Position numbers and translations under genes: made by a program
Source: Hormiphora californensis
Taxonomy: Eukaryota > Animalia > Ctenophora
Assembly: GCA_020137815.1 (NCBI GenBank)
Contig: CM035362.1
Coordinates: forward strand, 3,100,001 to 3,164,000
Reading direction: 5' to 3'
DNA length: 64,000 nucleotides
The notes under the pieces: generated by a model
What the model saw: only the letters and a program-made list of their open reading frames with translations
Databases searched by the model: none
Told to the model about the DNA's origin: nothing
Part shown: positions 11,639 to 25,788 of the stretch, in pieces
Position numbering within the stretch: position 1 is the first letter of the stretch
Layout of the letters: every line of letters begins with the position of its first letter

Positions 11639-14600
11639 TTTCTGCCGCACATATTTCTTCCCATTGTGCCAGATATAATCGTCCTCATCTTCCTCGGCCG
11701 AACTTCCCTCCACCACTACCTCTCTCATGATCCTTCCACCCCTGCTCCTGTACTCGAGATACAACCCAAATGCCGTTGCTACTGCCAGCGACGAAAACAG
11801 AGATATTGCCAGCCAGAAATCGTGCCAAGTGAGCTTGCTAAAACTGGCAATTGTAAACCAGAGGCCACTGAAAAACGTGGAAAGAGAGGTAATACCAAAG
11901 GCAATGGAAAACTTTGAAATCCCAAAGATCTCCAAAAGAACCATATTCATGACGGAGCTGGCTCCACCGAATGCCAATAATGTCACATCATAACTGAACA
12001 AATACCAAATCTTGCCCATTTTGTCAGCAAACATAAGCATTGCCGTTCCGGTGAGACAGAGAAAGGCATTGAAAAGGAGCAGCTTGGGGCTATTTCCAGA
12101 TATCGATCCTCCCGATCCAATCGCCATATCCATGATAAGCCCCATTGAAAGTGCCCCAACAGCCGCGCCAAACGAACCACTGCCCCCAACGGACGAGAGA
12201 TATCGTTCATCATTAATAAAACTCTCGCCAAATGTTTTTAGGGAGGACCGTGCACACATGCCGGATACTCCGCTGAAACTGAAAGATGTAAACGCGAGGA
12301 GGAACCTCGAATCAGTGGTGATTGACCGGGTGGTTTTGAAGCATGTCTCCAGGGCACGGTGTTCGTCAATGCTCGGTCCCGGGTCTGGGTAGATCCTGTA
12401 GACTATGACGGGGTAAAGAAGGAGAAGGAGAAGGATTATTCCGAGATAGATGTAGAACTCACCACACCTGAGAGAGAGAGGACAAAGTTAGGATAGCTTT
12501 GTAACAAAACTGTTGTTCGCCAACATATAATTGTGGCGTACCAAATACATTTTGTCTACGTAATTCAGGAACCGACCCAATCAGGAAATACTGGTCCCTG
12601 ATTGGCTGATAACCTATCACGTGACCTAAATAACGAGTTCTGATTGGTTAACCACAAACAATTGTTTACTTGTGTCGGTCGGTTCCTGACGTCACCATAC
12701 TCACTTGTCAAGGACAGTCTCACTCTCGTAGTACCAGTATTCTGATATCGCCTGATCACCGCTCAGTTTCACTGGGTTGATGTTAAGTGGGTTCACCATG
12801 GCACCCTCCCAGATGTGGATTATTGAAGTTGCCCCAAACCCAACAGCAAGGAGAGTTCCGCTCACAACGCCCCAGTGGTCTCTGTAGCTTCGCAGACACC
12901 TAGAGATATACAAGTATATAGTGTACAAACTGTACTGGTCGTGTCCCACCGGAGTCTAGAAATCGCAAGAAAAAACAGAATTTAGAGATCGGAGAAACCC
13001 GTAACTGTTGTACCACCAAAATAATAATCCTCCACAAACCTCAGAAGGATGGTGACATTTATCAGCATACTGCTGACACCAAGACCAACCATAGCTCCAA
13101 TCAGGAAACCGTACCTGCAAGAATTAGAACATTGTATAATGTACACGGTGTTCATTTTGGATCTTTACAAGCGTTGGGCTTCACCCAGAAAACAGTTGAC
13201 AAGATTAGGTCGTGAAACTTCATACTTGGACTATTCTATACCCTCATTCAAGGTTCCTGGGGATTTTGGAGCTCTAGTACCCCGGGAAGTGTGTTTTTGG
13301 CATCAAAACTACCAGAAGGAATTTTTTGCTGGTGCTGAGACTTTGCTAAAATGTTTTTTGGGTATTTTCTATGTCAATCCTAAAGTTTCATGGAGATTGG
13401 ATGTGTTTTTCGGACTCAAAACTTCAGAAAGTGGCTGGAAAGGCTCGAAAACGGCTCAAAAACGGCAAAAATGGAGTCTTTTCAGCCACTTTCTATGAAG
13501 TTTTGAGTCCGAAAAACACATCCAATCTCCATGAAACTTTAGGATTGACATAAAAAATACCCAAAAAACATTTTAGCAAAGTCTCAGCACCAGCAAAAAA
13601 TTCCTTCTGTTAGTTTTGATGCCAAAAACACACTTCCCGGGGTACTAGAGCTCCAAAACCCCCAGGAACCTTGAATGAGGATATAGAATAGTCCAAGTAA
13701 GAAGTTTCACGACCTAATCTAGTCAACTGTTTTCTGGGTGAAGGGCAACGCTTGTAAAGATCCAAAATGAACACCCTGTACAATGTACAATGTACAATGT
13801 ACAACTATGTACATTGTACATAGTTGTACAGAATAACTATTGAAGCCTTCAATTTTTATAGAAGTTTAATTTCCGTAAGAACTGTCCTAATTCCCCTATA
13901 ATTCTCCACCAAGAACAATAATTTTCACATGTCTAGATAAATGATATACTAGTAGTACTACACGTGTGATGTACACGTTTACACGTATATTGAACTACAG
14001 AGTATAGATTACCACTGCACACTTCATTCAGTGTGGGCAGCTGCAGCTCTATTGAACTGTTATATACACGTTTTATAAAGTAGTAGAGGTACCTCAGCCC
14101 ATAACTGTTATATACACGTTTTATAAAGTGTTGACTGGTTCACCTAGAAGGGGATCAGGTCCCCTGTACTAGTGATTGGCTCGCATCTATCTAGAGCTGT
14201 TGCTTGTGTTTATCAAACAGGGAAACACACAATACACATGGGTGCGGTGTGAGATTGAGGGGAAAACAGTTGGGAGCGGTTGGGAGAGAGAGAAAGAGAT
14301 AGTATTGAAAGAGAGGCAGTTGGTTTGTAAACACCTGCAGATTGTAAAGGGGGGTAGTTGGCTTACATGATGGTGGTGCAGCTCTGTGTTTTACACTCAA
14401 TAAACTGAGACAAAGCTTGTATTTTGTAGCAGTGCACAGTGAATCAGACTCTGATAACCATCTTTGCCACAACTCCACAAATCACAATTCAATTTGGTGA
14501 CGCAGTCACCCCTACACTAGCCGTGTGCAGCGCGTCTAAACGAAGCGAATAGGGGATATCATCACCGACAATTCAATGGGGGTCGTGTGTGTGTGTACGG

Positions 14601-16567
14601 GTATACGAAGCTACAATTCAAACACTGCATATAGCTGAGAACAACAACAACTGACCTGAAGTTTACTCCAATGAAAATGGCGATGTAACTGATGGCGAAT
14701 AGTCCAGAACCGAATGCTAACATTACCGAGAGAGGGCACCTGAAATGTGATGTAATGTCAAATAGTTGTTAAACGAGTCAAATCAAGTTGGTCTAAATCC
14801 TTTCACTTTGTGTCAAACAGTTTCTACAATAATATTCAAGGTCCGGTGGTATGCTGATTACGTGGTCCCTAAAGTGGTCATCACAATAATATTATGTGGC
14901 ATGTATGTAATCCCAGATAACCCAGTTATTTCCCGGAAGTAAGGTATTTTCAGGCGACACCGAGACTTATTAAAGAATCTCAGGCAGGTCGGTAGAACTT
15001 CGACAGAATTTAGGGCAGGTCTGAATTTAGGGCAGGTCTGAATTTAGGGCAGGTCAATTTAGGGCAGGTCTGAGTACTAAGCATGTGAATGCGATTCGGG
15101 GAAGCTTATTAGCGGTGTGAGACGATACGAGATATGGAACATGATTCGGGGAAGCCAATCAGGAGTGTTAGACGATGGATATGAGATACGATTCGGGGAA
15201 GGTTTCTATCACTTTCCATCCCTATATAAGCCATTGGTTAGATAGCAACATGGGACAGCCCTACCTTTGTAGACTGTACCCATGGTGTACAGGCGGTATA
15301 CAAGCGTTAATATTATTATTATTATTATTATTATCCCCCTCTCTGTTCGCTATGTCTCTCTTTCTTTCTCTTTCTTTCTCTTTCCTTTTCTATGACGGGA
15401 GAAAGAGAGACATGGAGAAAGAGAGATACCCTTAACTTTTTACCGAGAGTCGAGATAGAAAGACTGTTGAGCTCCTCCGTGGAAATTAGTTTCGCCGCTT
15501 TCCCATCAGGTAGATGTAGGCAGCTCTCGGTCGGTGGCTAAACATTGTCTTTTCTCTCTCGGTAAAAAGAGCCGCCTACATCTACAATTCCTACGTGCTT
15601 TCCTAGCAGTCAAAAAGTTAAGGGTATCTCTCTTTCTCCCTCAGAGAAAGTAAGAGAAATTGAAAGAGAGACAGAGCGAACAGAGAGGGGGATAGGGTCT
15701 AGGGGTGGAAAGTGATAGAAACCTTCACCGAATCGTGTCTCATATCGTCAAACACTCCTGATTGGCTTCCCCGAATCATGTTCCATATCTCGTATCGTCT
15801 CACACCGCTTATAAGCTTCCCCGAATTACATTCACATGCTTAGTACTCAGACCTGCCCTAAATTCAGACCTGCCCTAAATTGACCTGCCCTAAATTGAGA
15901 CCTGCCCTAAATTCAGACCTGCCCTAAATTCAGACCTGCCCTAAATTGACCTGCCCTAAATTCTCACAAAGAAAATCTTGACAGACCTGGATACAAAGAA
16001 TCCTAAGGGAAATCCGCTCATTCCATAACTCGTTGCCAGGAGCAACATGAGAAGTTGACCATCGAAGATGGAGATTTCCTCATTGCTGCCCCGGGCCCTG
16101 ATGTAACTGATCAGGTAGGAAATGTAGAAATTCAGGATGAAGATGGAACCGATAGAGATCTGGGAAATTGGGAGGGGTTGAGGGTTTTTTCCGAAATTTT
16201 TTTTAACTAGACCAAGACAAAATTTGTTCGGCCCTTCGGTAGACGGTATTTGAAACCGAGAGCCTAGTGTCTTCAGTACCCTTATTTTAACAAGGAAAGA
16301 CACATGAGTTCATGTTTTTCAAGATGATTAGGGACATGTGATACGTTTCACATGTCCCACATGTATCGACACACATGTTCAAGTTGTTTGTACCTGTGCA
16401 GCCACACTACTGGTGATCACCAGAAATGACTGTAAAAAGCCGAGCTGACCATGCTGCGGTGGTGAGGATGGTGGTGAGGAGAGGAGGTTGGGGAAGGAGC
16501 TGCTAGCGAGGGATGTTGTATCTGTGGCGGGCCTGCTCTCCGTGAATCTACTCTCACTGAACACCAT
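11636..16567 (-). CDS. MFS transporter, oxalate:formate antiporter (OFA)-like; 6 coding exons (about 16567-16394, 16160-15988, 14739-14657, 13113-13041, 12899-12706, 12467-11636)
   Basis: The spliced product has many TM helices and OFA-like motifs: YLISYIR, GVVSGTLLAVGFG, VNPLN, KTFGESFINDERYLSSVGG. Confidence 0.75.
12566..12688. mobile_element. hAT-like MITE (~110 bp, TIR CAGGAACCGACC); other copies at 21607-21722, 32223-32331, ~32487-32585, 39127-39235, 48313-48421, ~56578-56670
   Basis: Dispersed near-identical copies. An 8-bp TSD (AGAGCTAG) flanks the 32223 copy, and GAYATGGG flanks the 21607 copy. Confidence 0.85.
13144..13778. mobile_element. Tc1/mariner-type foldback MITE in an MFS intron
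   Basis: TA|CACGGTGTTCATTTTGGATC...GATCCAAAATGAACACCCTG|TA, with inverted arms of about 290 bp. Confidence 0.85.
14983..15964. mobile_element. Foldback element with subterminal AATTTAGGGCAGGTC repeats, related to the 57594 element
   Basis: Long inverted arms. The left terminus GGCAGGTCGGTAGAACTTCG resembles GGCAGGTGAGTAGAACTTCG. The right terminus is missing. Confidence 0.75.
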
Positions 16568-17944
16568 GATGCTGCAGCTGGGGAAGGGAGAATGTATTAC
16601 ATTCAGCAATACAACACTAAGAAGAGGGAGAGGGAGAGGCATAGAGAATAAGATTGTCACTGTTCAGCAATGTAATGACTGAAATCCTCTCCCTCCCAGC
16701 TACAAGCAGAACCCTAGGACATCTTTAAACGCACTACTACTATTATACTGCATCTATAAACACTTGTTTTGTTCAAACCGGGGTGCGGATCATGATCAGA
16801 AAGGGTCGAACCAAGTACAACAATATCTGAGAAAACATACACGCAATAATATAATGACTAGGTATAGCAATGAACATGTAATATCATCTCATGAGACCCA
16901 CCCATTGTTTCTTACACACACAATCCCAGGTGGGCACGCGGATACCACATAATATCTTACTTTGAGTACACACATGGATTGTGTGTGTGTTTAGTATAAC
17001 ACAGAACAATAGGCAGTATAGGCTACTGGAGTATTATATCAAATGACAATGGTCTTGGCTACACGCTGATCATCATTGATCAAGAGCTGAGCTCTACTAA
17101 AGCACACAATCACATCGCAGCTGTAGGCCTTACGCAATAATATAGCTCTCTTGAAACAGCTGTGTCCCGTTCTCTGACGAGGGCCAATGAAAGGGGAATA
17201 CATTGTACCACGTGTGGGATATCAACCAATAGGAGCAAAGGAACAGACGTGTCACGTGTGGGCTCATTGACCAATTACAACCACCCTAGCGGGGCATCAT
17301 TATATGCAAAGATTATCCCTCTGCTCCTCATGAGGCGGGTATTTATAAAATGAAGAGAGGGAGGAGAAACATTCCCCAACCGTGTGTGTGTGTGCCATAT
17401 GAAGCGAATGATAATGAGGGAAACATACTCTTAAAATTAGCTCGATTTATTGAAAGAAAAACAATGTACACAGTATTCACATCTATATCATATGATCACA
17501 TTTGATATCCTCTCTTAGTATGAGCTGCAGCGGGGCATCTAGGTATACCCTGGGTTTGTGGTCCGGCCGCCTCCTTACTCTCATTCACCATCCAACTGTT
17601 CCTGTGGAACTGAGCCGATATTGTCATTGGAGAATCCCCAGGTTCAGATGAAAGGAATCCGAGAAGTGCTTGGGTTGTACTTTTCCTGAGGTTGTTTCTT
17701 CTTTCTAAGGATGCTTCTTAGAAGCGATTTTGACTTTGGTGACTCTTCGCCAGACGTAGAAGGAGGTCTGTCATCCTCTTTGAAGCGATAAACCCTAGAA
17801 TCTCCCTTCAGCTTCTTTAGCACCTTGTCCATGAATTCAAGTTGTTCAAGTTTCAACAGTCAACAGTCTCAAAAGCAATTCAAGGTTCTGTATTTTTCCT
17901 GTTTCGCCTCAATTTATATGCTCCTTCATAAAACTATCTGATGA

Positions 17945-20900
17945 TTATGGATTCCTAGGAGGCGCTTTGAACGCCTTGACTACTTTTCTCAGTTTTTCTT
18001 CACTTGATAAGGCCTCATCGACAGGTTTTCCACTGTACTTTTTCGACAAAACCTGCCATAACTTGCTTTTCGACCGCTCAGGGGGTCCCGGTTGCCTCTT
18101 TTTTGGAAGTACCCGAACGACTTTCGGTTTGACCGCAACTGGTTGCGGGCCATCGATGCCGGGAGTACCCCTGGGTACCCTTTGAAGGAGCAGTGAAGTT
18201 GGGACGAGATCGAGCCCTTTTTTCAGGGTGTCCCTCCGATACTGCATCGTATAGTTGGTCACCTTCCCCGACCTTAGTTGACTGCTGTTGTATGCATTCA
18301 CATTAAAGGTGTCTGATGTGCCTGACTTTGCACTGGAGCTGGGTGGTTTTGGGCTGGCTCCTAGTTTAGGATCCCAACTTCGAGCCAACGGATTCTGAAA
18401 AGTTGAGGGAGTAGTTATTTTCATCGTCAATTGAACTGAACTATGACCTATGTCGAACCAGAATACCATGCTATACAAGTATCAAACTAACCTTGTAGGG
18501 CACAAAAGTGCTAGGCTTCTGCTGATTGAATGATCCTGTTGACACAGATTTCATGTGATCTGGTTGTTTCAACATGACAATTGGTTTCTCCCCAGCCGTA
18601 GCAAAGGGTTTGTAATCCCCGGCATTCCAATGGTTTGATCTTGATGCCCCGTATCCGTGACGTTTTACGTTCTGATTTGAGTCAAGCTCCACGTAGTACC
18701 TGTGGGTAATTTAGCATATTTATCTAACATGATCTAAGCAAGATAAGGGGATATACCTCCTAGGATTAAGCGGGAATTTACCTGGGATAGCTCTATACCC
18801 TTATCCCAATCTAATCAATATCAAGACTTAGTGTCCAATCAGGTAAATTTTTATCAAACCAATGTGAGATTTCATTATCTAAATTTGGTACCTCGGGGAG
18901 ATTTCTTGTTTGGGTGGTGAATTATCGGAGCTGTTTAACCATGGCACAACCTTCCTATCATCCTCCTCCTCATCCCCAGAAAAATCAACCAGTTTGTCAG
19001 AACCACCACTACTTTCATTGACAAACACCACAGGTTCACTTTTTAGGACAGTCGTCGGGGTCTCCACAACATCCGTTATATTCAGATCGAAACTGCCCCG
19101 GTGTGCTTTCAGAGTTTCTGTCAGGTCTCCGTTGTTGTACTTGTCGTCACGGTTACCATGGCAACACGGTAGGCAGGAGCAGCAATTCTCCCTTTTTCCA
19201 TCCTGGCAACAGGGGAAATAGGAGAAACAGGGACAGCAGCAGAAGCAACAAGCCAGGCAACCGGTTGCACCTGTGGTGTTTCCACTCTGCTTACAGCAGA
19301 TCCACCCACAGGAAAGCTTGCGGAGGATGTTTTTTAAGTTTTTCCACCAGTAATGACAGATGGATCGGAGGGTGTGGTTTTCTTTGATACAGATGAAAAG
19401 ATAGAGGAAGTTGATGACGTGTAGTGTCAGGAAGGTCGCAGTTATCACCCGTAACCTAAACGAAATAGATGTCAGATTAGAGTCATATGCACGGTAAATT
19501 GAGGTTGACTGACACACAGTCAATGACTATGCAGACTAGAATATAGATACTGGAGAATCCTGATAGATAGTAACTAGTAAGATACTGAAGAGTCATATAT
19601 ACAATACCTGTCCATAACATTGACATTGAAGTTAGCGACGATAACGATCCCCGGAACACCCAACAAGTAGAGGGTGGCAAAACCATACAGGATAGAAAGA
19701 TAGATCTTGTCCGGGTCGGAGGAGCTTGTTAGGGCTCGGATAAAAGGAATAAAGGTTAAAATCCACAAGAGTAACCAAGTTCCCAGTTGAACCCAGACCA
19801 AGTACTGAAAGGAATTTGAATCAATAAGTTGAATTTGGGTACTGAAAAATCGTGACTTTCGAATAAATAAATAGAAACAATCCTCACCCTATCGTTTCTC
19901 TGCTCCCACATATGGACATCTGCATGTTCATCGTCAAAGTACTGAACTCCATAGATGGTTACCATGGCAACTGCGACCAGGGTTGGCAACAGAAATGTCA
20001 GCACCGATTTCCATCTTGGTAAGCGGACTGCTATGGTACTTCCTGATGTACAGGATGTTGTTAAAAAGCACGGTGCTTGGAACAGCGGGGTGTAAGAATC
20101 TGTCTATCCGCACTGAGGAGACTCTCAGGTCTGGGTTTGCCTTGTTCGACCTTGTCTCACAAATTAGGGTTTGAACTTTGAACATTTAAGAAGTCTCGGT
20201 CTGAGGTAAGATGGATCTTTACCTGCCCATGTAGCTGTGAGAAAGATGTGAACAAGGAGAATAAAGCTAAGGAGGAGGAAAAGAAATGCGGCGGTAAGGA
20301 TGCTGTCCAGTCGTATACCGCTGGCACAGAGTCTTCCGTAGTAACCTGATATAGGAGGCGTTGTCATGGTAACAGGGTTGAATATGATACTGAAACAATT
20401 CTTGGTAGCAGTTACTAAATTAATCATTGGTCCCCGTGATTGAGGTTCACGCCCATGGCAACCGCTCTTACCAAATCAATGGAAGCAACTGTTAAGGTGC
20501 TGTGATCACTAACCTGTAAAAAGGCATAAAGCAATAATGGTGAAGAGTAGGGAGGCTCGGAAGACCATCAACAACTTGGTGCTCATTTTAACCGTCCTCT
20601 TGTAAAGTATCCTGCAGTGGGGTTTCAGTAATTTTGAACTTGAATATTTCTATTTACAAATAAGACTTTGTACCGACTGAAAAGTAAAACCATTAAACGA
20701 TTATTAACCAAAAGAGTGTAAAATACTCACCAAAACAGTGCGAACAGGATGCAGATTATCAGCAGGATAAGGGATGTAAGAAACAGCCCGGACTCAATCC
20801 GGGGAGGTTCCTTGGTGAGGTATGATGCACCGTTCGTAGCGTGTAGTTCCCACTGCAAATCTACAGGATAGAAATAGGGAATTTAGTTGGATGGACCCGT

Positions 20901-22050
20901 TGTGAGAACTGGAAAATTAGCTGTTCGTCAAAGTGTATTAAAACCAATTTTTCTGCTACAAAAACATCAAACGCTCATGTTTATTAGGTCGTAGAAATCT
21001 GAACAAAGTATCTGGTCTAACCTAGGTCATTGATGTCATTTGTACAGTATGAAATTGTAAGGAACATCCAGGACTCGGTACTGATTGATTTGTTGATTTC
21101 ACACGTCAACCCATTATAATAGTTGTAGCAGTTTCTCACTATACCCTGTAATATGAGTTATAGTTGCCACTCTTGATGGAAACAAAAACTATATAAATTC
21201 AGTAATACGGCGGAAAAGGCTTTACCGCCGTATTACTGAAAAGCACCATGCAAAGGGCACTACTGTATAAACTTTCTGGCGGGTTGGTCCCGATCTGGAC
21301 ATATAATACTGTCGCGTTTTGAGAAAAACCGGAGTGATGACAATGTATAAAATATGAGTTTACTCACGGTGGTATTCTCCTCTTCAAGCCTCAAGTTTAC
21401 TTGTTCGGTTGCTAGGGACAACCGACCATTGCACGAATCCGTTGCTAAGACAGCAGTGCCCCATGTCGACGGGTCATCTAGTCTGTATAGACCCAGTATT
21501 GGGTATGTGACCTGGGTAACATCAGGTTAAATTTGAGCCGCCCAGTGTAAGTGACATGCCACGCAAGGTCCCTTGCAGAAGCCGCTAAGTCTGTGAGGGA
21601 TATGGGCAGGAACCGACCGACACAAGTAAACAACCAATCAGAACTCGTTATTTAGGTCACGTGACTGGTTATCAGCCAATCAGGCCTCAGGGACCAGTAT
21701 TTCCTGATTCGGTCGGTTTCTGGACATGGGTCTAACTGCAGATCTAAGCTGTTACACAATTTAAGACCGATTTGGAAGTTGCTCTACCGAACCCTCACTG
21801 CACTCACAGAGCGCTTTATTAACTAAAAAATGCATTGTGAGCTACACAATTTGTAAGCAATTTGTAAGCAATTTCTTGTATTTGTAAGCATGAATCATGT
21901 AACCTGGTCGGCGTTTGGTATAAAATGTATGGTGAGAGATATCATCCCAGGCCTTTCCATAACTCCACTGATTGAGAAGTTCCCACTGGTCTGATAGGCC
22001 TCTGTAGGAAAACTCTCCATCTGCAAACCGCTCACACGAAGCCTGTTAAA
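17945..22050 (-). CDS. Divergent 7TM receptor (secretin/adhesion-GPCR-like) with an extracellular N-terminus, a Cys-rich juxtamembrane tail and a long cytoplasmic C-terminus; 5' end and final exon uncertain
   Basis: Spliced exons give seven hydrophobic segments (GLFLTSLILLII.., LLMVFRASLLFT.., SILTAAFLFLLL.., VLTFLLPTLVAV.., VQLGTWLLLWIL.., IYLSILYGFATL.., VITATFLTLHVINFLYLFICI). There is a Cys before TM3 and a CGWICC...CCFCCCPC tail. Confidence 0.6.
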
Positions 22051-22438
22051 ACGAGTATACAATAATTGTGTCATGGCTAGTAGTGCCACGGTGTCACAGT
22101 GCCGCAACTTCTAGATCTGAGCATGACACAAGAATCAAGATCACACCCTATACAATTGTGTCACGGCTTGTAGTGCCGACTACGGCCCCCGTGCCGCAGT
22201 CCCCTATATCTGAACACACTATAGGCCATCATCACATGCCCTCAGCGTGGATCATTCAAATCGGAGAAGCCTTGACTAACCTGGGGCACTAAGATCACGA
22301 TAATCGATACAAGGAGAAACATTTTAGCTGCTGGTTATAAATTTAACAGTCCCCATGATGATTTCTTTAACGTGATTACTTATATCGTTTTATGTGAGTG
22401 TGTGAGGGTGCAGGTGGCAGAGGTGCATCTAGTTGAGC

Positions 22439-22544
<106 letters not shown>

Positions 22545-22848
22545 AACATGATGTTGGGTTTGTGAAACCATGGCGATGTTCCCACTTAACTTCCCAATGA
22601 ATATTAATAATATCGTAATATCGTATATATGTAATGCTCCTTTACATTTCGCGGCCGGAGCTCCTGACAAGGGGGTCGAGCTAGGCAATTAAATAGAGGT
22701 TCCGTCCAGTAAATCGAGGTTTGACTGTAAATCAAAAGAAAACAGCTGATTTTTCAGTATATTTGTGATATCTCTCTCGAAGAATTTATCTCAGTATTAA
22801 AATTCACATCAAATAAAAGGCATTTATCTCTCTCTCTTCACACAGTCT

Positions 22849-24779
22849 TTAATGGTTTTCGTAGACAATGTTGGTAGCCTCGGGTCGGTGGCAGACCCGA
22901 CACCTCGAGACGTATTGCCTTGAATCCGTGAACGACTGCCTGTTACCTGACTCACTCTCGATATCCTGAAATAATGTTAGAATGAGTTGTGTGTCAACAA
23001 GAATTACAACAGAAATGTGAGACACGTAACCATAGAAGAAGAAGCCATAGCCACATGCTGTTACCATAGTAACATGCTGTTACCATAGGAACCACACATA
23101 CCTTGTCAGCATTCATGACCCATGTGGTTTTCTGTCCTTCCTCACTCTTGATCTTGCATCCCTCGACATCACACTCAGCGATGGTGGCGGGAGAATAGTA
23201 GAGGAGACATGCAGCGGGTTCATCTGAACAGGGGGGAGGGGGTGTTAGCATATGGGAGAATAGTAGAGGAGACATGCAGCGGGCTCATCTGAACAGGGGG
23301 GAGGGGGTGTTAGCATGCGGGAGAAAAGTAAGGGAGACATCTAGCAGGGTTATCTAAACGATGGAGGGGCAGCTTGGTAACGAAATTAACTCTACGAGGG
23401 GTGATTTAGCTGCCAAGGGGGAGGGGGGTTTGTTTGTCTGTTTACCTGTGAGTACACCCATGGCATGGTTATCCAAATCATTCAGCCAGAAACTGTAGCC
23501 GGTCCATTCATCAGACTTAGTTCCAGGAATGAGACGGTTGGGGGAGGCAGCTGTTACGTAACTAGGGAGAGATGAGGTTTTTTGTTACGCAACTAGGGGG
23601 AGATGAGGTTTTTTGTTACGTAACTAGGGGGAGATGAGGTTTTTTGTTACGTAACTAGGGAGATGAAGTTTTTTGTTACGTAACTAGGGAGATGAGGTGT
23701 TTTGTTACGTAACTAGGGGGAGATGAGGTTTTTTGTTACGTAACTAGGGAGATGAGGTTTTTTGTTACGTAACTAGGGGGAGATGAGGTTTTTTGTTACG
23801 TAACTAGGGAGAGATGAGGTTTTTTTGTTACGTAACTAGGGAGATGAGGTTTTTTGTTACGTAACTAGGGAGATGAGGTTTTGTTTACCAAATGATCGGT
23901 ACTTTTCTTTCAGGGATAACGGGATAAGCCCAGCCAGTAGCCGAACAATACAAGTGCAAGGATAAGGAATCAAGGTTCTATTTAAACGAAAATGGTAAGT
24001 CTCCTTTTTAGCAGAATTTGATAACCACCCCATATCAATTTCTGCATCTTGTAACCATGACAACACAATATGTCACAAGACTTTATGTGACACTTACCCG
24101 GCGGGGCAGTCAGGGACAACGCTGTTCATACTGTGGATGACGACCATCTTGAAAATAGATTCACACACAACACACCTGAATTGTAAACTGTAATGAGACC
24201 TGTTCGGTAATGAATTGTAACAAATGAAATTAGAAAATACTGCAAGTTTGATCAGTGGTTGCACGGGAATGAAAAAGGATTCATGGGTCGAAAAACTTAA
24301 AAATACACGGAAATGGATTTTTATCTGAAAGGACTGCTGAGTGAGTTACCGGGAGATATAGCTGAGAAGTTCGTTCCGCCTGGAAGAGTTGAGGATCAGC
24401 TTCCTCCTGGGAAGGGTGTCACTGTAATCATCATCAAACTCATCAGGAGCAGTAGCCAACCATCTGAAGAGGGGGGAGTTTGGTTTTATATGGGGGAGTA
24501 TTATAGGAGGGGAATGTTAGGTTGTACAGTTTATATCAATATCCTGGATTTTTGGATTGATCATTAGAAACCGAAATAGCCATATCAAGCCATATCACAA
24601 CTTATGCTTGATTGAAATGGTTGCTATGGTTACTAGAGTCGCTACTTACGTCGTCTTGTGGGACTCCCCGGCAATGTAGACGGTGTCAATGTTAGCAACA
24701 CCGTAGAAACCAGGATAGAAGTCAGGGAGACAAGATCCGGGACCTCCCAGACTCTGACCCCACCGGGAGTTGCCATCAG
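22849..24779 (-). CDS. Distal (alternative) collagen IV NC1 cassette of gene B; lacks the first NC1 exon and a signal peptide
   Basis: Exons encode DGNSRWGQSLGGPGSCLPDF, WLATAP..YISR, CVVCESIFKMVVIHS..CPAG, WTGYSFW, EPAACLLYYSP..ECDVEGC and YVSRCRVCHRPEA..*. It begins with a phase-1 acceptor at 24779. The link between 24099 and 23551 needs an unresolved small exon or an indel. Confidence 0.8.
23553..23885. repeat. ~31-bp intronic minisatellite x~10
   Basis: Repeat unit GTTACGTAACTAGGGGAGATGAGGTTTTTT. Confidence 0.9.
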
Positions 24780-25284
24780 CTGCACGATTGTTTGTTAGAG
24801 ATCGTTGTTGTCATGGTAACGTCATGACAAATGCTATCGTTTTACGACAAAAACTGACGACACATATTTGAGATTGAACACTCGAGTGTTGATCAATTCT
24901 CAAATACTAAAACGAATAATAAGACTTTTAAGAAACAGACATACAGACAGACAAACGAACAAACATTGAAACAGACAAACAGACGGACAAACATTGAAAC
25001 AGACAAACATACAAACAAACCTCAACGTTATACGAACCATTCTGCTGTACAGTAGTAGAGAAAGTTTCCGCTGTGTCTTCAACACGTGTTTGTGTGTTAG
25101 CTATTGTTATACGTGTGTCTTTGGAACGAGGTCCAAGACTTAATTGAGCGATAAAAAGTTAGGCCAAGACAAAATTAATAAAGGCCAATAGTTTGATAGG
25201 ACATGATATATATCGCGAAAAAGATGAAGCGGCGGGTGGGAGATCGTGAGGGCTCAGATAGAGGGTTGGGGTATGTATGGCTAT

Positions 25285-25340
25285 AGCGGCAGCGTGGTTC
25301 GTTTAACGATAGAGAGGGGTGACCAAGAGCGGCAGCGTGT
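25285..25340 (-). promoter_or_regulatory. Two copies of the putative RNA-pairing motif downstream of the gene B proximal NC1 (25285-25296, 25328-25340)
   Basis: AGCGGCAGCGTG on the plus strand, the reverse complement of the intronic copy at 26981-26993. Confidence 0.65.
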
Positions 25341-25788
25341 GTCACGAGATGTTATAGTAGAGCTGGATCTGATATATTATAATCAGAGAATTCAAAGCTT
25401 TTATCGAGAGTAATAATATCGAGGACAATATAAATTGAGGTTGTTAGAGTGCAGTGTCAGAATGTATAAATCTAGGGATGAGGCCAAAGCAAAATTTTAA
25501 GAGTTTTCCAGCCGTCCACTGCAGAGACAAGATATATCAGGAGCATACCAGATTTTAGCAGCTGGTGCGGGGAATTCATCAGGGGGTTTATATCGGGATA
25601 AAATTGTGGTTGAAATGTGATGTGTATTTTACTTACAGCTATAATACCAATCTGCACGTGCATGAACTACCACGTTGTTTTCAGTTATTTGTATCAGAGT
25701 AGAATTGTTATACTCACAATGGTCAATGATCATCACTCATCAAAATTGCTTAAAATCTAAAATTCACCGTCCATATGATCTCATATAT

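Noticed and set aside
23553-23885. CRISPR-like array (also 44444-44890)
   Set aside because: There are no unique spacers and no cas genes. These are plain eukaryotic minisatellites.
25021-25085. Independent first exon making the distal NC1 a stand-alone gene
   Set aside because: The obvious donor (TTGAG|GT) puts the ATG out of frame. A weak donor could give MVP-DGN, but with no signal peptide and no first NC1 strands, and gene A has no equivalent. This is not fully excluded without 5' RACE.
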